A stretch of DNA of 64,000 bases from Candidatus Kuenenbacteria bacterium. Its GTDB lineage: Bacteria; Patescibacteriota; Patescibacteriia; UBA11705; JABHMO01. The notes beneath the pieces were generated by a model that was not told the DNA's origin, searched no databases, and was given only the letters and a program-made list of their open reading frames with translations. The stretch spans positions 8,566 to 72,565 of the forward strand of contig JABMRF010000007.1 of NCBI GenBank assembly GCA_013202715.1. Reading direction: 5' to 3'. A program made the position numbers and the translations under genes. Each line of letters starts with the position of its first letter. Position 1 is the stretch's first letter. This document shows, piece after piece, positions 29,780 to 38,018 of the stretch.

Positions 29780-30211
29780 ATGCAGGACAATAATAACAAT
29801 GAAATTACCTTAGAAAAAATCTGGCAGTATCTTCAGGAACACATGGTAACCAAAAAAGAACATGCGCAGTTAAGTGGCAAGGTTGATGTTATCAATGAGG
29901 AAGTTGGAAGATTAAGAGAGGATGTTACTGTTCTTAAGGCGGATGTTTCGGTTTTAAAAGAAGATGTTGGTATTTTGAAAGAAGATATGGCTGATATAAA
30001 ACCGCGGGTTGGCCATTTGCAAAATCAAATGGTAACCAAAGAGTATCTTGATAAAAAAACAGCAATTATTTTAGCGGAATCTGGCGCCAGACTAATGCGG
30101 CACGCAGAAAAAGATAAAACTTTTCGGCAAAAACTGGTTGATATATTCCGCAGTAAAACTTTTCCAAGTGAAGAGGGTGTGCGACAGTTGGAAGATTTGG
30201 CTAAGCAGTAA
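29780..30211 (+). CDS. coiled-coil heptad-repeat protein
   Basis: LREDVTVLKADVSVLKEDVGILKEDM heptads; TGnTATAAT 8 nt before ATG. Confidence 0.7.
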   Translation: MQDNNNNEITLEKIWQYLQEHMVTKKEHAQLSGKVDVINEEVGRLREDVTVLKADVSVLKEDVGILKEDMADIKPRVGHLQNQMVTKEYLDKKTAIILAESGARLMRHAEKDKTFRQKLVDIFRSKTFPSEEGVRQLEDLAKQ

Positions 30212-30339
30212 CAATCTGTCTAAAATTTGTTTTGAAGGAAATCTCCACGGTTGGTGGGGCTTTTTTATTTTTCTTTTAATAAAAAATCTCCCCCGCGATG
30301 CGGGGGAGAATGAGGAGACCATGGTCTCCTCGCGTTCGT

Positions 30340-31287
30340 TTATTTCTTTGTCTTCATGGCCGTCTCGATCCGGACGATGTTGGCAATGCCGATATCTTTG
30401 ACTGAACCGAGAAGGTCTTCTCGGACAGCCTCATAGGGAATATCATGCTTTGCCATCAATTTGAGAAGTCCGCCGATATTGCCCTCCATGGCATAGAGCA
30501 CGACCAGGGATGTGGCTGTATGTCTTACCGCGTCCGCGCAAACCTTGTATTTGTCATGCAAGGACAGAACGGTCCAGTTTGAGTAGATGCTGGTTTCCGT
30601 TTGGAAATACTCGCAGCGTCTCTCGGCGACAGGAACTCTGAGGTTCATAGGGAGGTTGTACTTCTCCCCAAGGGTGAATTTGTCTTCGTCGTTGGTTTCT
30701 TCGTCATTGAATGCTTCGAGTGCCAGCGGGACAATCATCCTCTCATAATCCAGAGAAAATGCCACGCTAATCGAAAGCCTGCTTTCATAGCTTCTCTCGG
30801 GATCATTGAAGAGCTTCATGACCAGTGGCAAGACTTTTTTATCGCGGTCCATACCGGAGTTGTTGGCAACGATGGCAGCCTCTTGCCAACGCTTACGGCT
30901 GACCAAGTAATCATAATAATCGTTGGCAATCTGGAGTTTGGCTTCGGGTGAAAACGAGTCAATAAGATATTCACTACAGGTTGCAATGTAAATAGCGCTT
31001 GGGCTACTCATACTGATTTTTTCCAGGGAGTCTTTGACTTCCTCTTTTATCAGCAGTTGCAAGTAGGCTCTGGCAGCTTCGACTGCATATTTATTCCCGT
31101 CCCGACTGAACCCATTATCTACTGGCCAGTTTTTCTCTCCATAGGTAGTACTCGCATACAGCATCGCATTCCAGTACATCCCATCTTCCATGAGCTCATC
31201 GTAGTGTGTCTGCCCTTCTGATTGGCAGCCGGCAAAAGCCAGCATTCCAACAACAATCAACGTCAGCTTGATACACAGATTTTTCAT
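30340..31287 (-). CDS. orphan lipoprotein
   Basis: SD AAGGAG before ATG 31287; lipobox FAGC; promoter TTGACA-17-TATAAT at 31366-31338; hairpin at 30281-30309. Confidence 0.7.
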   Translation of the reverse strand: MKNLCIKLTLIVVGMLAFAGCQSEGQTHYDELMEDGMYWNAMLYASTTYGEKNWPVDNGFSRDGNKYAVEAARAYLQLLIKEEVKDSLEKISMSSPSAIYIATCSEYLIDSFSPEAKLQIANDYYDYLVSRKRWQEAAIVANNSGMDRDKKVLPLVMKLFNDPERSYESRLSISVAFSLDYERMIVPLALEAFNDEETNDEDKFTLGEKYNLPMNLRVPVAERRCEYFQTETSIYSNWTVLSLHDKYKVCADAVRHTATSLVVLYAMEGNIGGLLKLMAKHDIPYEAVREDLLGSVKDIGIANIVRIETAMKTKK

Positions 31288-31493
31288 ACCTTTACTCCTT
31301 GTTTGATTTGTCAAAAAACTTCTAACCTGAACAAATCATTATAGCAGAAAAACAAAATTCTGTCAAGGGATGTGCAATTTTAGACAAAATATATGGATAT
31401 TTTGGCTTCTTCATTTTTTATTTTTTTGACTTTCACCCCACAAACAGTTAAGCTAGAATATAATATGTTATTTAACAATATAAGAGGTGCACC

Positions 31494-33245
31494 ATGCTGG
31501 AATTTGAATTTTTGGACTCAGAAAAACTTGAAAGCAGATATTTTCAGCTAGAAGACGCGGAGATCATGATTGATCGCGGTCTGAAAGGTGAAAATTGCGG
31601 ATTGGTTTATCCAACTGGAATTGGAAAAACTATTGTCGCTTTTTTTGTTATGGATCATTATCTGCGTAGCGGCAAAAAGGTCCTTTTTCTGGCTCATACC
31701 ACAGCGCTGATAAATCAGCACATGGAATCAGCCAGATCCTTGTTCAAGTTGCCGGACGAGAAGATCAATAAGATTACCGGCCGGATTTCAGAGAAAAAGC
31801 GGGTCAAGCTTTGGGGAGAAAGCAGAATTATTTTTGCCACTCCGCAAACCATTGATAATGAAATTAAAAAGGGAACAATTGACTTTGATAATGTCGGCTT
31901 TGTAGTTTTCGATGAAATGCACATGGCTGACAAAAAGTATGCTTATGTCGCACTAGCCAAGTTGGCAAAAGAAAAGGACATTCGAACAATTGGACTTACC
32001 GCATCGAGTGGTCGAGCAAAACGGATTGAAGTTCTGGAAGACAATTATAATATCAAATGGTGGGTCTATCGATCGGCTGAAGAATTAAAAAAGTTTGTTT
32101 TCCCGAAGCAACATCTGCCGATCATTATTGACTATCCTCGATTGCACCGACACGCCATGAAGTTCCTGCGAAGTAAAATTGTTTTAATCCATAACGAACT
32201 GGCCTCAACTGGCTTGATTGATCGGATTGAGGCAACTGAAGATACTGATAGGCGCTTTCCGTTTTATCGTTTGACCGAATTGAACAAGTTGTACCCACCA
32301 TTAAAGCGTTGGCTGGATAACCAAAAAAAGGAAAAACCATATTTTACAGATCCTATTAATGGCAAGAGAAGTTCCTGGCAGCATTTCATGGTGATGTATA
32401 TTGCTTATTACAAGCTGATGCATCTTCTTCACGTTTTTGTGACGGAAGGCTATGAAGTGTCACTGGAATACGTTGAAAAGATTCGATGTGAATTGGTAAA
32501 TAAAGGCACTCCAGAGCGACCGCACTACAGATATAATGCCGCTTTTGTGATTTTGTTTGATTACAATACCGAGCGTTTCATAAAGGGGCTCCATTATTTC
32601 ATTGATAATGAGATTGCCCATCCGAAGATTGCCAGGATTTTGGAATTGATTGAGGAATATAAAGATAGAAATTATCGGATGTTGGTTTTTTCAAATTTTG
32701 AAAGCACAGTGAAGGCTCTCAAAGAGTATCTAACGAAAATGGGCTATACGGTTGAAACTATTGCTGGCTCTAAGTTCATGAAGCCAAAAGAACAGCAAGC
32801 TGTTTTGGCCAGATTCAAAGAGCGCGAATTTCAAATTTTGTTGTCAACAACTGTGGTAGAGGCCGGCATTGATGTACCCAAGATCGATGTGGTGATTAAC
32901 TATTCAATGCCACTTACCGGTATTGCTCGGATTCAGCGAGGCGGTCGAGCCGGCAGAACTGCAGTTGGTTTGGTTTACTATTTGATCATGGAAAATTCAA
33001 ATGACAGCAGTTTGTACTATGCTGCCCGGTCAGATAATGTGGCTATGGTAAAGGAACTCAAAAAGCGTTTGACGATTCAAGCGCTCAGAGAGCAGGGACA
33101 TTTCTACCCAATCAGAGTGGTTCAGCACACATTACTGTTTGCTTCTGGATTTGAAGAAAGGGAAGAGTTGACTACTCGGCAAAGAGAGTCAAAAGGGCGT
33201 CGAGCACCAAGCAAGAAAAAGATTGTGAATCCCAAATTGCTATAA
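31494..33245 (+). CDS. Hef/MPH1/FANCM-like SF2 DExH helicase
   Basis: PTGIGKT, DEMH, GLTAS, HPK, EAGIDVP, QRGGRAGR; no ERCC4 nuclease tail evident. Confidence 0.85.
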   Translation: MLEFEFLDSEKLESRYFQLEDAEIMIDRGLKGENCGLVYPTGIGKTIVAFFVMDHYLRSGKKVLFLAHTTALINQHMESARSLFKLPDEKINKITGRISEKKRVKLWGESRIIFATPQTIDNEIKKGTIDFDNVGFVVFDEMHMADKKYAYVALAKLAKEKDIRTIGLTASSGRAKRIEVLEDNYNIKWWVYRSAEELKKFVFPKQHLPIIIDYPRLHRHAMKFLRSKIVLIHNELASTGLIDRIEATEDTDRRFPFYRLTELNKLYPPLKRWLDNQKKEKPYFTDPINGKRSSWQHFMVMYIAYYKLMHLLHVFVTEGYEVSLEYVEKIRCELVNKGTPERPHYRYNAAFVILFDYNTERFIKGLHYFIDNEIAHPKIARILELIEEYKDRNYRMLVFSNFESTVKALKEYLTKMGYTVETIAGSKFMKPKEQQAVLARFKEREFQILLSTTVVEAGIDVPKIDVVINYSMPLTGIARIQRGGRAGRTAVGLVYYLIMENSNDSSLYYAARSDNVAMVKELKKRLTIQALREQGHFYPIRVVQHTLLFASGFEEREELTTRQRESKGRRAPSKKKIVNPKLL

Positions 33246-33330
33246 TAATAATACATGATTTAAAATTAACAAGATTAAGGCCTTCTTCGCTTTGTACTTT
33301 GTCGGAGCTTCGAAGGCCGCAGGAGGAAAA

Positions 33331-34335
33331 ATGGAAGAAAAAACTTCACTATTTTCCGGTATACATAAGCATGACGGAACTTGGGTCAAGGATTTGCCAG
33401 ATCGAGTTGGCGAAACGATTTTTGAGCGGTTCATGGTCTATGAGCCACCTGAAATTCGAGAGTCAAAGAACGATACGTTCTTTTTGTCAGTTGTGATCGG
33501 AGACAAAACCGGTCGCATCAAACTGACTATGTGGCAAGTTCCCATCTTTGACAAAGCAAAAGCACTGGCTATGTTTGAAGTTGAAAAGGTCTACACCCTT
33601 GAGGCCAGAGTTCGTCTATATCGAGGTCAGATCAACTTGAGCTTGAGCTATGCTGGCAAGGAATCCAAGCTTTGGCTTTGTGAACATTCAGATGACGAAA
33701 GTAAATCTGATTATCAATTTGCGGATTACTGTCAGGTCCCAAATGACTGGACAGTTGTCCCTGTTCAGGAAATGATTGAATTTGTGACAGATGTGATTCA
33801 GAATGTCGAACATGATGCATACAACAGGATTCTTCGGTCCCTTTGGGAAGATGAAGAATGGCGTGCTCAGTTCATAAAATGGCCGGCTGCCAAGTGGTAT
33901 CATCATGCCTATTACGGCGGATTACTTGAACACGTTTACGAAATGCTTCAGGGAGTGAACACATTTATTGTTCATTATCCGAACTTGAATCTGGACCTAC
34001 TCCGAACCGCAATCATTCTCCATGATGTAGGGAAGTTCAAGGAGTATCGTGTAGGAGTTCAGATTGAAACCGTGAAAAGAGCCTATAGAATCGGCCACAT
34101 GGTATATATTCTTTTGCAAGTCGATCGGCTTGTTCGTAAAAAGGAAATTGAAATTACTGAGGAAGATTTGGAAGATCTGATTCATTTGATTATTTCTCAT
34201 CACGGCGAAGTCGAGCTTGGCTTTGGCTCAGCTGTAAGCCCAGACCTACCGGAGGCAAAGATCCTTTACCAATTGGATCAGCTGTCCTCAAAAACCAATC
34301 AAGAGTACTTGAAATCAAGGCGCGAAGCGCTTTAG
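33331..34335 (+). CDS. YhaM-like OB-fold + HD-domain 3'-5' exonuclease
   Basis: GDKTGRI (OB), PAAKWYHHAYYGGLLEH, LHDVGK, IGH, ISHHG; SD AGGAGG. Confidence 0.88.
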   Translation: MEEKTSLFSGIHKHDGTWVKDLPDRVGETIFERFMVYEPPEIRESKNDTFFLSVVIGDKTGRIKLTMWQVPIFDKAKALAMFEVEKVYTLEARVRLYRGQINLSLSYAGKESKLWLCEHSDDESKSDYQFADYCQVPNDWTVVPVQEMIEFVTDVIQNVEHDAYNRILRSLWEDEEWRAQFIKWPAAKWYHHAYYGGLLEHVYEMLQGVNTFIVHYPNLNLDLLRTAIILHDVGKFKEYRVGVQIETVKRAYRIGHMVYILLQVDRLVRKKEIEITEEDLEDLIHLIISHHGEVELGFGSAVSPDLPEAKILYQLDQLSSKTNQEYLKSRREAL

Positions 34336-34341
34336 ACAAGT

Positions 34342-34373
34342 TAAGTCCCCCCCGCATTGCGGGGGGGACTTTT
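34342..34373 (+). terminator. terminator of helicase-YhaM unit
   Basis: aagtccccccgc-att-gcggggggactttt. Confidence 0.8.
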
Positions 34374-34512
34374 AAAATCCAAAATGCAAAATGCCGTTCG
34401 GCCTCGAGCTCACGGCCGAGAGGTAAAACCACAGTTAAAATTCAGAATAAAAAATATTTTTTAAATTTATTATTTAAGGTATGTGGTTTTACATTTTTCA
34501 TTTTACATTCTG
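34372..34512. repeat. inverted 7-mer repeat hairpin (aaaatg / catttt) with nested GC-rich mini-hairpin
   Basis: aaaatccaaaatgcaaaat[gccgttcggcctcgagctcacggccgagag]gtaaaaccaca ... tgtggttttacatttttcattttacatt. Confidence 0.7.
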
Positions 34513-34582
34513 CAGCTCTTGCATTATTTATAAAAATATACTACAATAATACAAGATAAATAATCGGAGAGAATTAATAAAT

Positions 34583-34768
34583 ATGTTTGGATTTGAACAA
34601 CTAGGATTTAAAAGAGATAAGGAGGTTGCGCTTGGTAACCCTGTTTCTGCTTTAATTAAGGAGTTAGAGACCATTCCTGACGGAGAAAGAGTAGAGGCTG
34701 GCCAGATTATTCATGGATTAAATAGTGATGTAGCTAGCTTTTTATTTGAAAATAAAGATTCTTTATGA
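34583..34768 (+). CDS. small hypothetical protein
   Basis: 61 aa; ATGA overlap with next ORF; upstream TTGCAT/TACAAT promoter-like. Confidence 0.5.
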   Translation: MFGFEQLGFKRDKEVALGNPVSALIKELETIPDGERVEAGQIIHGLNSDVASFLFENKDSL

Positions 34769-35049
34769 ACGATACTCAAGTAGCTCAAATCGAAGGGCTT
34801 TTGAAAAATTCAGAATTAGATAATCGCTCGCAGGAGTTGATGCGGCAGTTTTTTAATTCTATTGCCGAACAGCCACAATATCCTAAGATCGTCAGTTTGC
34901 TGGAAAGATTTCCTTCTGTTTTTGAAAACTTTTGCAACTGCTTTCAGGTGAAGCGAGATTTTCTTAAACAAGGAAAAAGTGAAGAAGAATGGAATACTTT
35001 TGTTGCAAAGGAAGATGAGATGTTTGAGCAGATGGAGAAGGAAGAATAG
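34765..35049 (+). CDS. small helical hypothetical protein
   Basis: 94 aa; translational coupling to previous ORF. Confidence 0.6.
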   Translation: MNDTQVAQIEGLLKNSELDNRSQELMRQFFNSIAEQPQYPKIVSLLERFPSVFENFCNCFQVKRDFLKQGKSEEEWNTFVAKEDEMFEQMEKEE

Positions 35050-35078
35050 GTAATAGGTAATAGGTAATAGGTAATAGC
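35045..35078. repeat. perfect 7-mer tandem repeat (aataggt)x4 plus partial
   Basis: aataggtaataggtaataggtaataggtaatag. Confidence 0.85.
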
Positions 35079-35140
35079 TTATAGACTGAAGGGCTAAAAG
35101 GTCCTTTTTTTGTTTTTAAATAGTTATCCACAGGTGATCC

Positions 35141-35194
35141 TTGCTGTTCGTATTTTGTTCGGTTATAATAAATATATACGAACAGAAACCGAAC
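35141..35194 (+). promoter_or_regulatory. lexA operon promoter with two putative LexA boxes
   Basis: TTGCTG-17-TATAAT; GTTC-N7-GTTC 35146-35160 and GAAC-N7-GAAC 35180-35194. Confidence 0.7.
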
Positions 35195-35262
35195 TGGAGA
35201 ATAAAATTTTCAATTTCCAATTTCTAGTTTACAATAAATTTTCAATGACAAAATTTTCAAAT

Positions 35263-35631
35263 ATGAGTAGTAATAATAACAAATATGATTTAGAAGAAAG
35301 GACCGCCAAGTTTGGTGAGGATATTATTGATTTGTGTCAAAAGATAGAGAAAGATTTCATTAATCGTCCAATACTAAATCAATTACTTCGTTCAGGAACC
35401 TCTATTGGGGCGAACTATATGGAAGCAAATGGTGCCAGTTCAAAAAAAGATTTTCGTAATAAGATTTTTATTTGCAAAAAAGAAGCTCAAGAGACAAAGC
35501 ATTGGCTGCGTATGACTAAAAAGGCTATTTCAATTGAAAATCAAAAAGTAGAATATTTGGCAAATGAAGGACAAGAATTGATATTCATTTTTCAAAAGAT
35601 AACGAGTTCCTTGGACAGTAAAAAGGTTTGA
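35263..35631 (+). CDS. four-helix-bundle protein (23S rRNA IVS / bAvd-like family)
   Basis: YDLEERT..F, QLLRSGTSIGANYMEA, SKKDF, KEAQETKHWL; start 35245 or 35263. Confidence 0.9.
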   Translation: MSSNNNKYDLEERTAKFGEDIIDLCQKIEKDFINRPILNQLLRSGTSIGANYMEANGASSKKDFRNKIFICKKEAQETKHWLRMTKKAISIENQKVEYLANEGQELIFIFQKITSSLDSKKV

Positions 35632-35697
35632 AAATTAAAAATTGTAAATTTAATGAAAATTGTAAAATTGAAAATTATAAATTAACCATCATATCGT

Positions 35698-36300
35698 ATG
35701 ACTCTCACAAAACGTCAAAGTGAAGTACTCAAATTTGTAAAAACATTTATCAAAGATTATGACTATTCGCCGAGCTATCGGGAGGTCGCAGATGGCCTAG
35801 GATTGTCCTCTCCAGCAACTGTGCATCAGCATTTGCAGACTTTGAAGAGTAAAGGATATTTAAATATGGATCCGGAGTCAGCTCGTGGACTTGAGCTGAC
35901 AAGTAAAGTAATGAGGCTGGCGAAATCAATTGAACTGCCTCTGGTTGGTTTGATCACTGCGGGTGCTCCAATTGAAGCGGTTGAAGAAAATGAAACTATG
36001 GCTGTGCCGGCTGATCTTGTTCCAGATGAAAATGCCTTTGTGCTGAAAGTCAGTGGAGAGTCAATGATCGAAGAAGGAATTTTGGACGGCGACTTCGTCG
36101 TAGTCGAACGTAATCATTCTCCTCAAAATGGAGATGTCGTGGTGGCTTTGCTAAATAATGCCTTTGCAACTTTGAAAAAATTCTACCGTGAAACAAATCG
36201 TATTCGTCTGCAACCGGCTAATTCTGCCATGAAACCGATTTATTGCAGAGATGTAGCGATTCGCGGAGTTGTGCGAGCTATAATTCGTAAGTTCAACTAA
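35698..36300 (+). CDS. lexA: SOS repressor LexA
   Basis: LTKRQ, PSYREV, ITAG (A-G cleavage site), GESM (Ser), ATLKK (Lys). Confidence 0.96.
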   Translation: MTLTKRQSEVLKFVKTFIKDYDYSPSYREVADGLGLSSPATVHQHLQTLKSKGYLNMDPESARGLELTSKVMRLAKSIELPLVGLITAGAPIEAVEENETMAVPADLVPDENAFVLKVSGESMIEEGILDGDFVVVERNHSPQNGDVVVALLNNAFATLKKFYRETNRIRLQPANSAMKPIYCRDVAIRGVVRAIIRKFN

Positions 36301-36301
36301 T

Positions 36302-36769
36302 ATGTGCGCAGGAATTACATTCCCAATCGATACAATAGATGCTTTTGAGCTGGATCAGTTTTTTACACCGGAAGAATTCAGAAAACAAAGAAAAGGGGAT
36401 TCAATTCAAACGTTCTTTTGGCAAAATAAACCCTTTTTACCGGCAGAGGATGAATCAGGAAATATTCATCTCTATCCTTGGGGCAATCGAGACAAGCTCT
36501 TGAAAATGCCAAAAACTGGTTGGGCCAGACTGGAATCAATTCAGGATGGCCGGTGGGACTACTTAGCGCCAAAAGCTGTCTGGATTCCAAGTCTGATGGG
36601 TTATGAAAAACGCAAATGGTTCAAAACCCCGGGAGGCCTCAAGGGCGTCCGCGTTCGTCTCCATAATACAACGCGGGTTTACATGTTAACAACAAAGGCC
36701 AATCAAGAATTTAGAGAATATACGGGGCATGATAGGATGCCGGTTGGAAAAATAGTTTATTTGAAATAA
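36302..36769 (+). CDS. SRAP/HMCES-like SOS response-associated protein (short, divergent)
   Basis: N-terminal MC, WG, WARLES, MLT, HDRMPV; adjacent to lexA. Confidence 0.7.
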   Translation: MCAGITFPIDTIDAFELDQFFTPEEFRKQRKGDSIQTFFWQNKPFLPAEDESGNIHLYPWGNRDKLLKMPKTGWARLESIQDGRWDYLAPKAVWIPSLMGYEKRKWFKTPGGLKGVRVRLHNTTRVYMLTTKANQEFREYTGHDRMPVGKIVYLK

Positions 36770-37090
36770 TTAATAAAATATGGCAAGGGAGTTGAATATT
36801 TACAAGCCCCGAACCACTTACGTACTTTGTTCGTTTGGGTTCAGGGCAAGCATGGATATTTAACTCCGCTCTTGCCGGAAAAAAAGTATGTCTAAAAGAA
36901 AAATAAAAAAAGCTTACAGAGAAGTCAAATGTTTTTGGCAAGATTTAACAATTAACATCTAAATTTATGAAACAAGTTACTTTCGTTCCGCTAACTCCGG
37001 ATTTAATTATTAAGATTAAAGTTTAATTATGACAAACGAGGAGCTTAAAAAGTCGATTCTTACGTTTTTGAGGAGATTGGTGGAATAAAA

Positions 37091-37763
37091 AAATTTCTGC
37101 CCCACTTTAGTGGTTTCAACTCCCTCTCATTGTGTTTTTGCTATGGGCTATAAATATTACCCTAACAACATGTATTTTATTACTTATAAAACCTTCATGG
37201 GAAAAAAGTTTTTTGATACAGATGAGAAAAAGGGGATAATTACAGGGCAAATCAAAAAAGCTCAAGAAAAATTAGAATTGGATGTAAGAGCTTTTGCTGT
37301 GATGTCTAATCACTATACTATCATCTTCTAGTTAAATGTATTTATGGATTAAATATTACAAAGTCTTTACAATTGATAAATGGCGGCGGATCCTTTTTGC
37401 TTAAAAAAATAACAGGAATTCATCAAAGTTTATGGGGAGAAGAAAAATTTAGCAAACTTCTCTATGATGAAGATTCTTATTGGCGAGTTTTTGTATATAT
37501 TATTGGTAATCCATTGAAACATAATTTAGTGAAGGATTTAAACGAATTAGAAAATTATAAACATTGTAATTATGGAGAACGCCTAAAAGAGTCTGATAAG
37601 GAGTCTTTGCATAATTTAATTTTGGAAAATCAGAAATTTGATTTTGAAACAGACGAGGCCTGGAAGAAGTTATATGGTAGTGCGGAAGAAACCACTAAAG
37701 TGGGGCAGAAATTGTTTAATTAGGATTGGTGTGGAAGAAACCACTAAAGTGGGGCAGAAATTT
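37091..37763. mobile_element. REP-flanked RAYT element
   Basis: aatttctgccccactttagtggtttc (37092-37117) inverted relative to two copies at 37688-37713 and 37737-37762. Confidence 0.8.
37143..37723 (+). pseudogene. REP-associated tyrosine transposase (Y1/HUH), frameshifted
   Basis: YFIT, AFAVMSNHY(H), YIIGNP; removing duplicated ACTAT (37317-37321) restores NHYHLLV and joins both ORFs. Confidence 0.85.
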
Positions 37764-37769
37764 ATTTAT

Positions 37770-38018
37770 ATGCTCGAACAAATCAACCAACAAATTGAAG
37801 TTTTAGTTGCATTTATGAAGGGCAAGGTCCTCCCCTTGTCTTTTTGTTGGAATGATAAAAAGTACAGCATCAACAAAGTCAATTTAGTTCACAGTGAAAG
37901 AATTGGCCGTGATAAATATTATTATTTTTCAGTGAGCGCAGGCGAGGATTATTTTAAATTACAATTTAATACCGAAAACAACAAATGGTTGCTAGCCGAA
38001 GCGTATTATGCCAGCTAG
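37770..38018 (+). CDS. small beta-rich protein coupled to dinB
   Basis: PLSFCWNDKKYSI..YYFSV..FKLQFN..KWLL; overlaps dinB start. Confidence 0.7.
   Translation: MLEQINQQIEVLVAFMKGKVLPLSFCWNDKKYSINKVNLVHSERIGRDKYYYFSVSAGEDYFKLQFNTENNKWLLAEAYYAS

Noticed and set aside
30312-30331. Perfect 20-bp palindrome GAGGAGACCATGGTCTCCTC
   Set aside because: Single copy between convergent gene ends next to terminators; no evidence of a role beyond a 3' hairpin.
31494-34335. Split Cas3 (helicase plus HD nuclease)
   Set aside because: Motifs fit the Hef/FANCM and YhaM families; no Cascade genes or array.
29607-35100. Prophage or integrative element at tRNA-Glu
   Set aside because: No integrase or phage structural genes, and no duplicated tRNA 3' end noticed.
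36779-37090. Several tiny ORFs between SRAP and RAYT
   Set aside because: Under 30 codons with no RBS or recognisable motif, one disrupted by a REP-like insert; cannot be supported.
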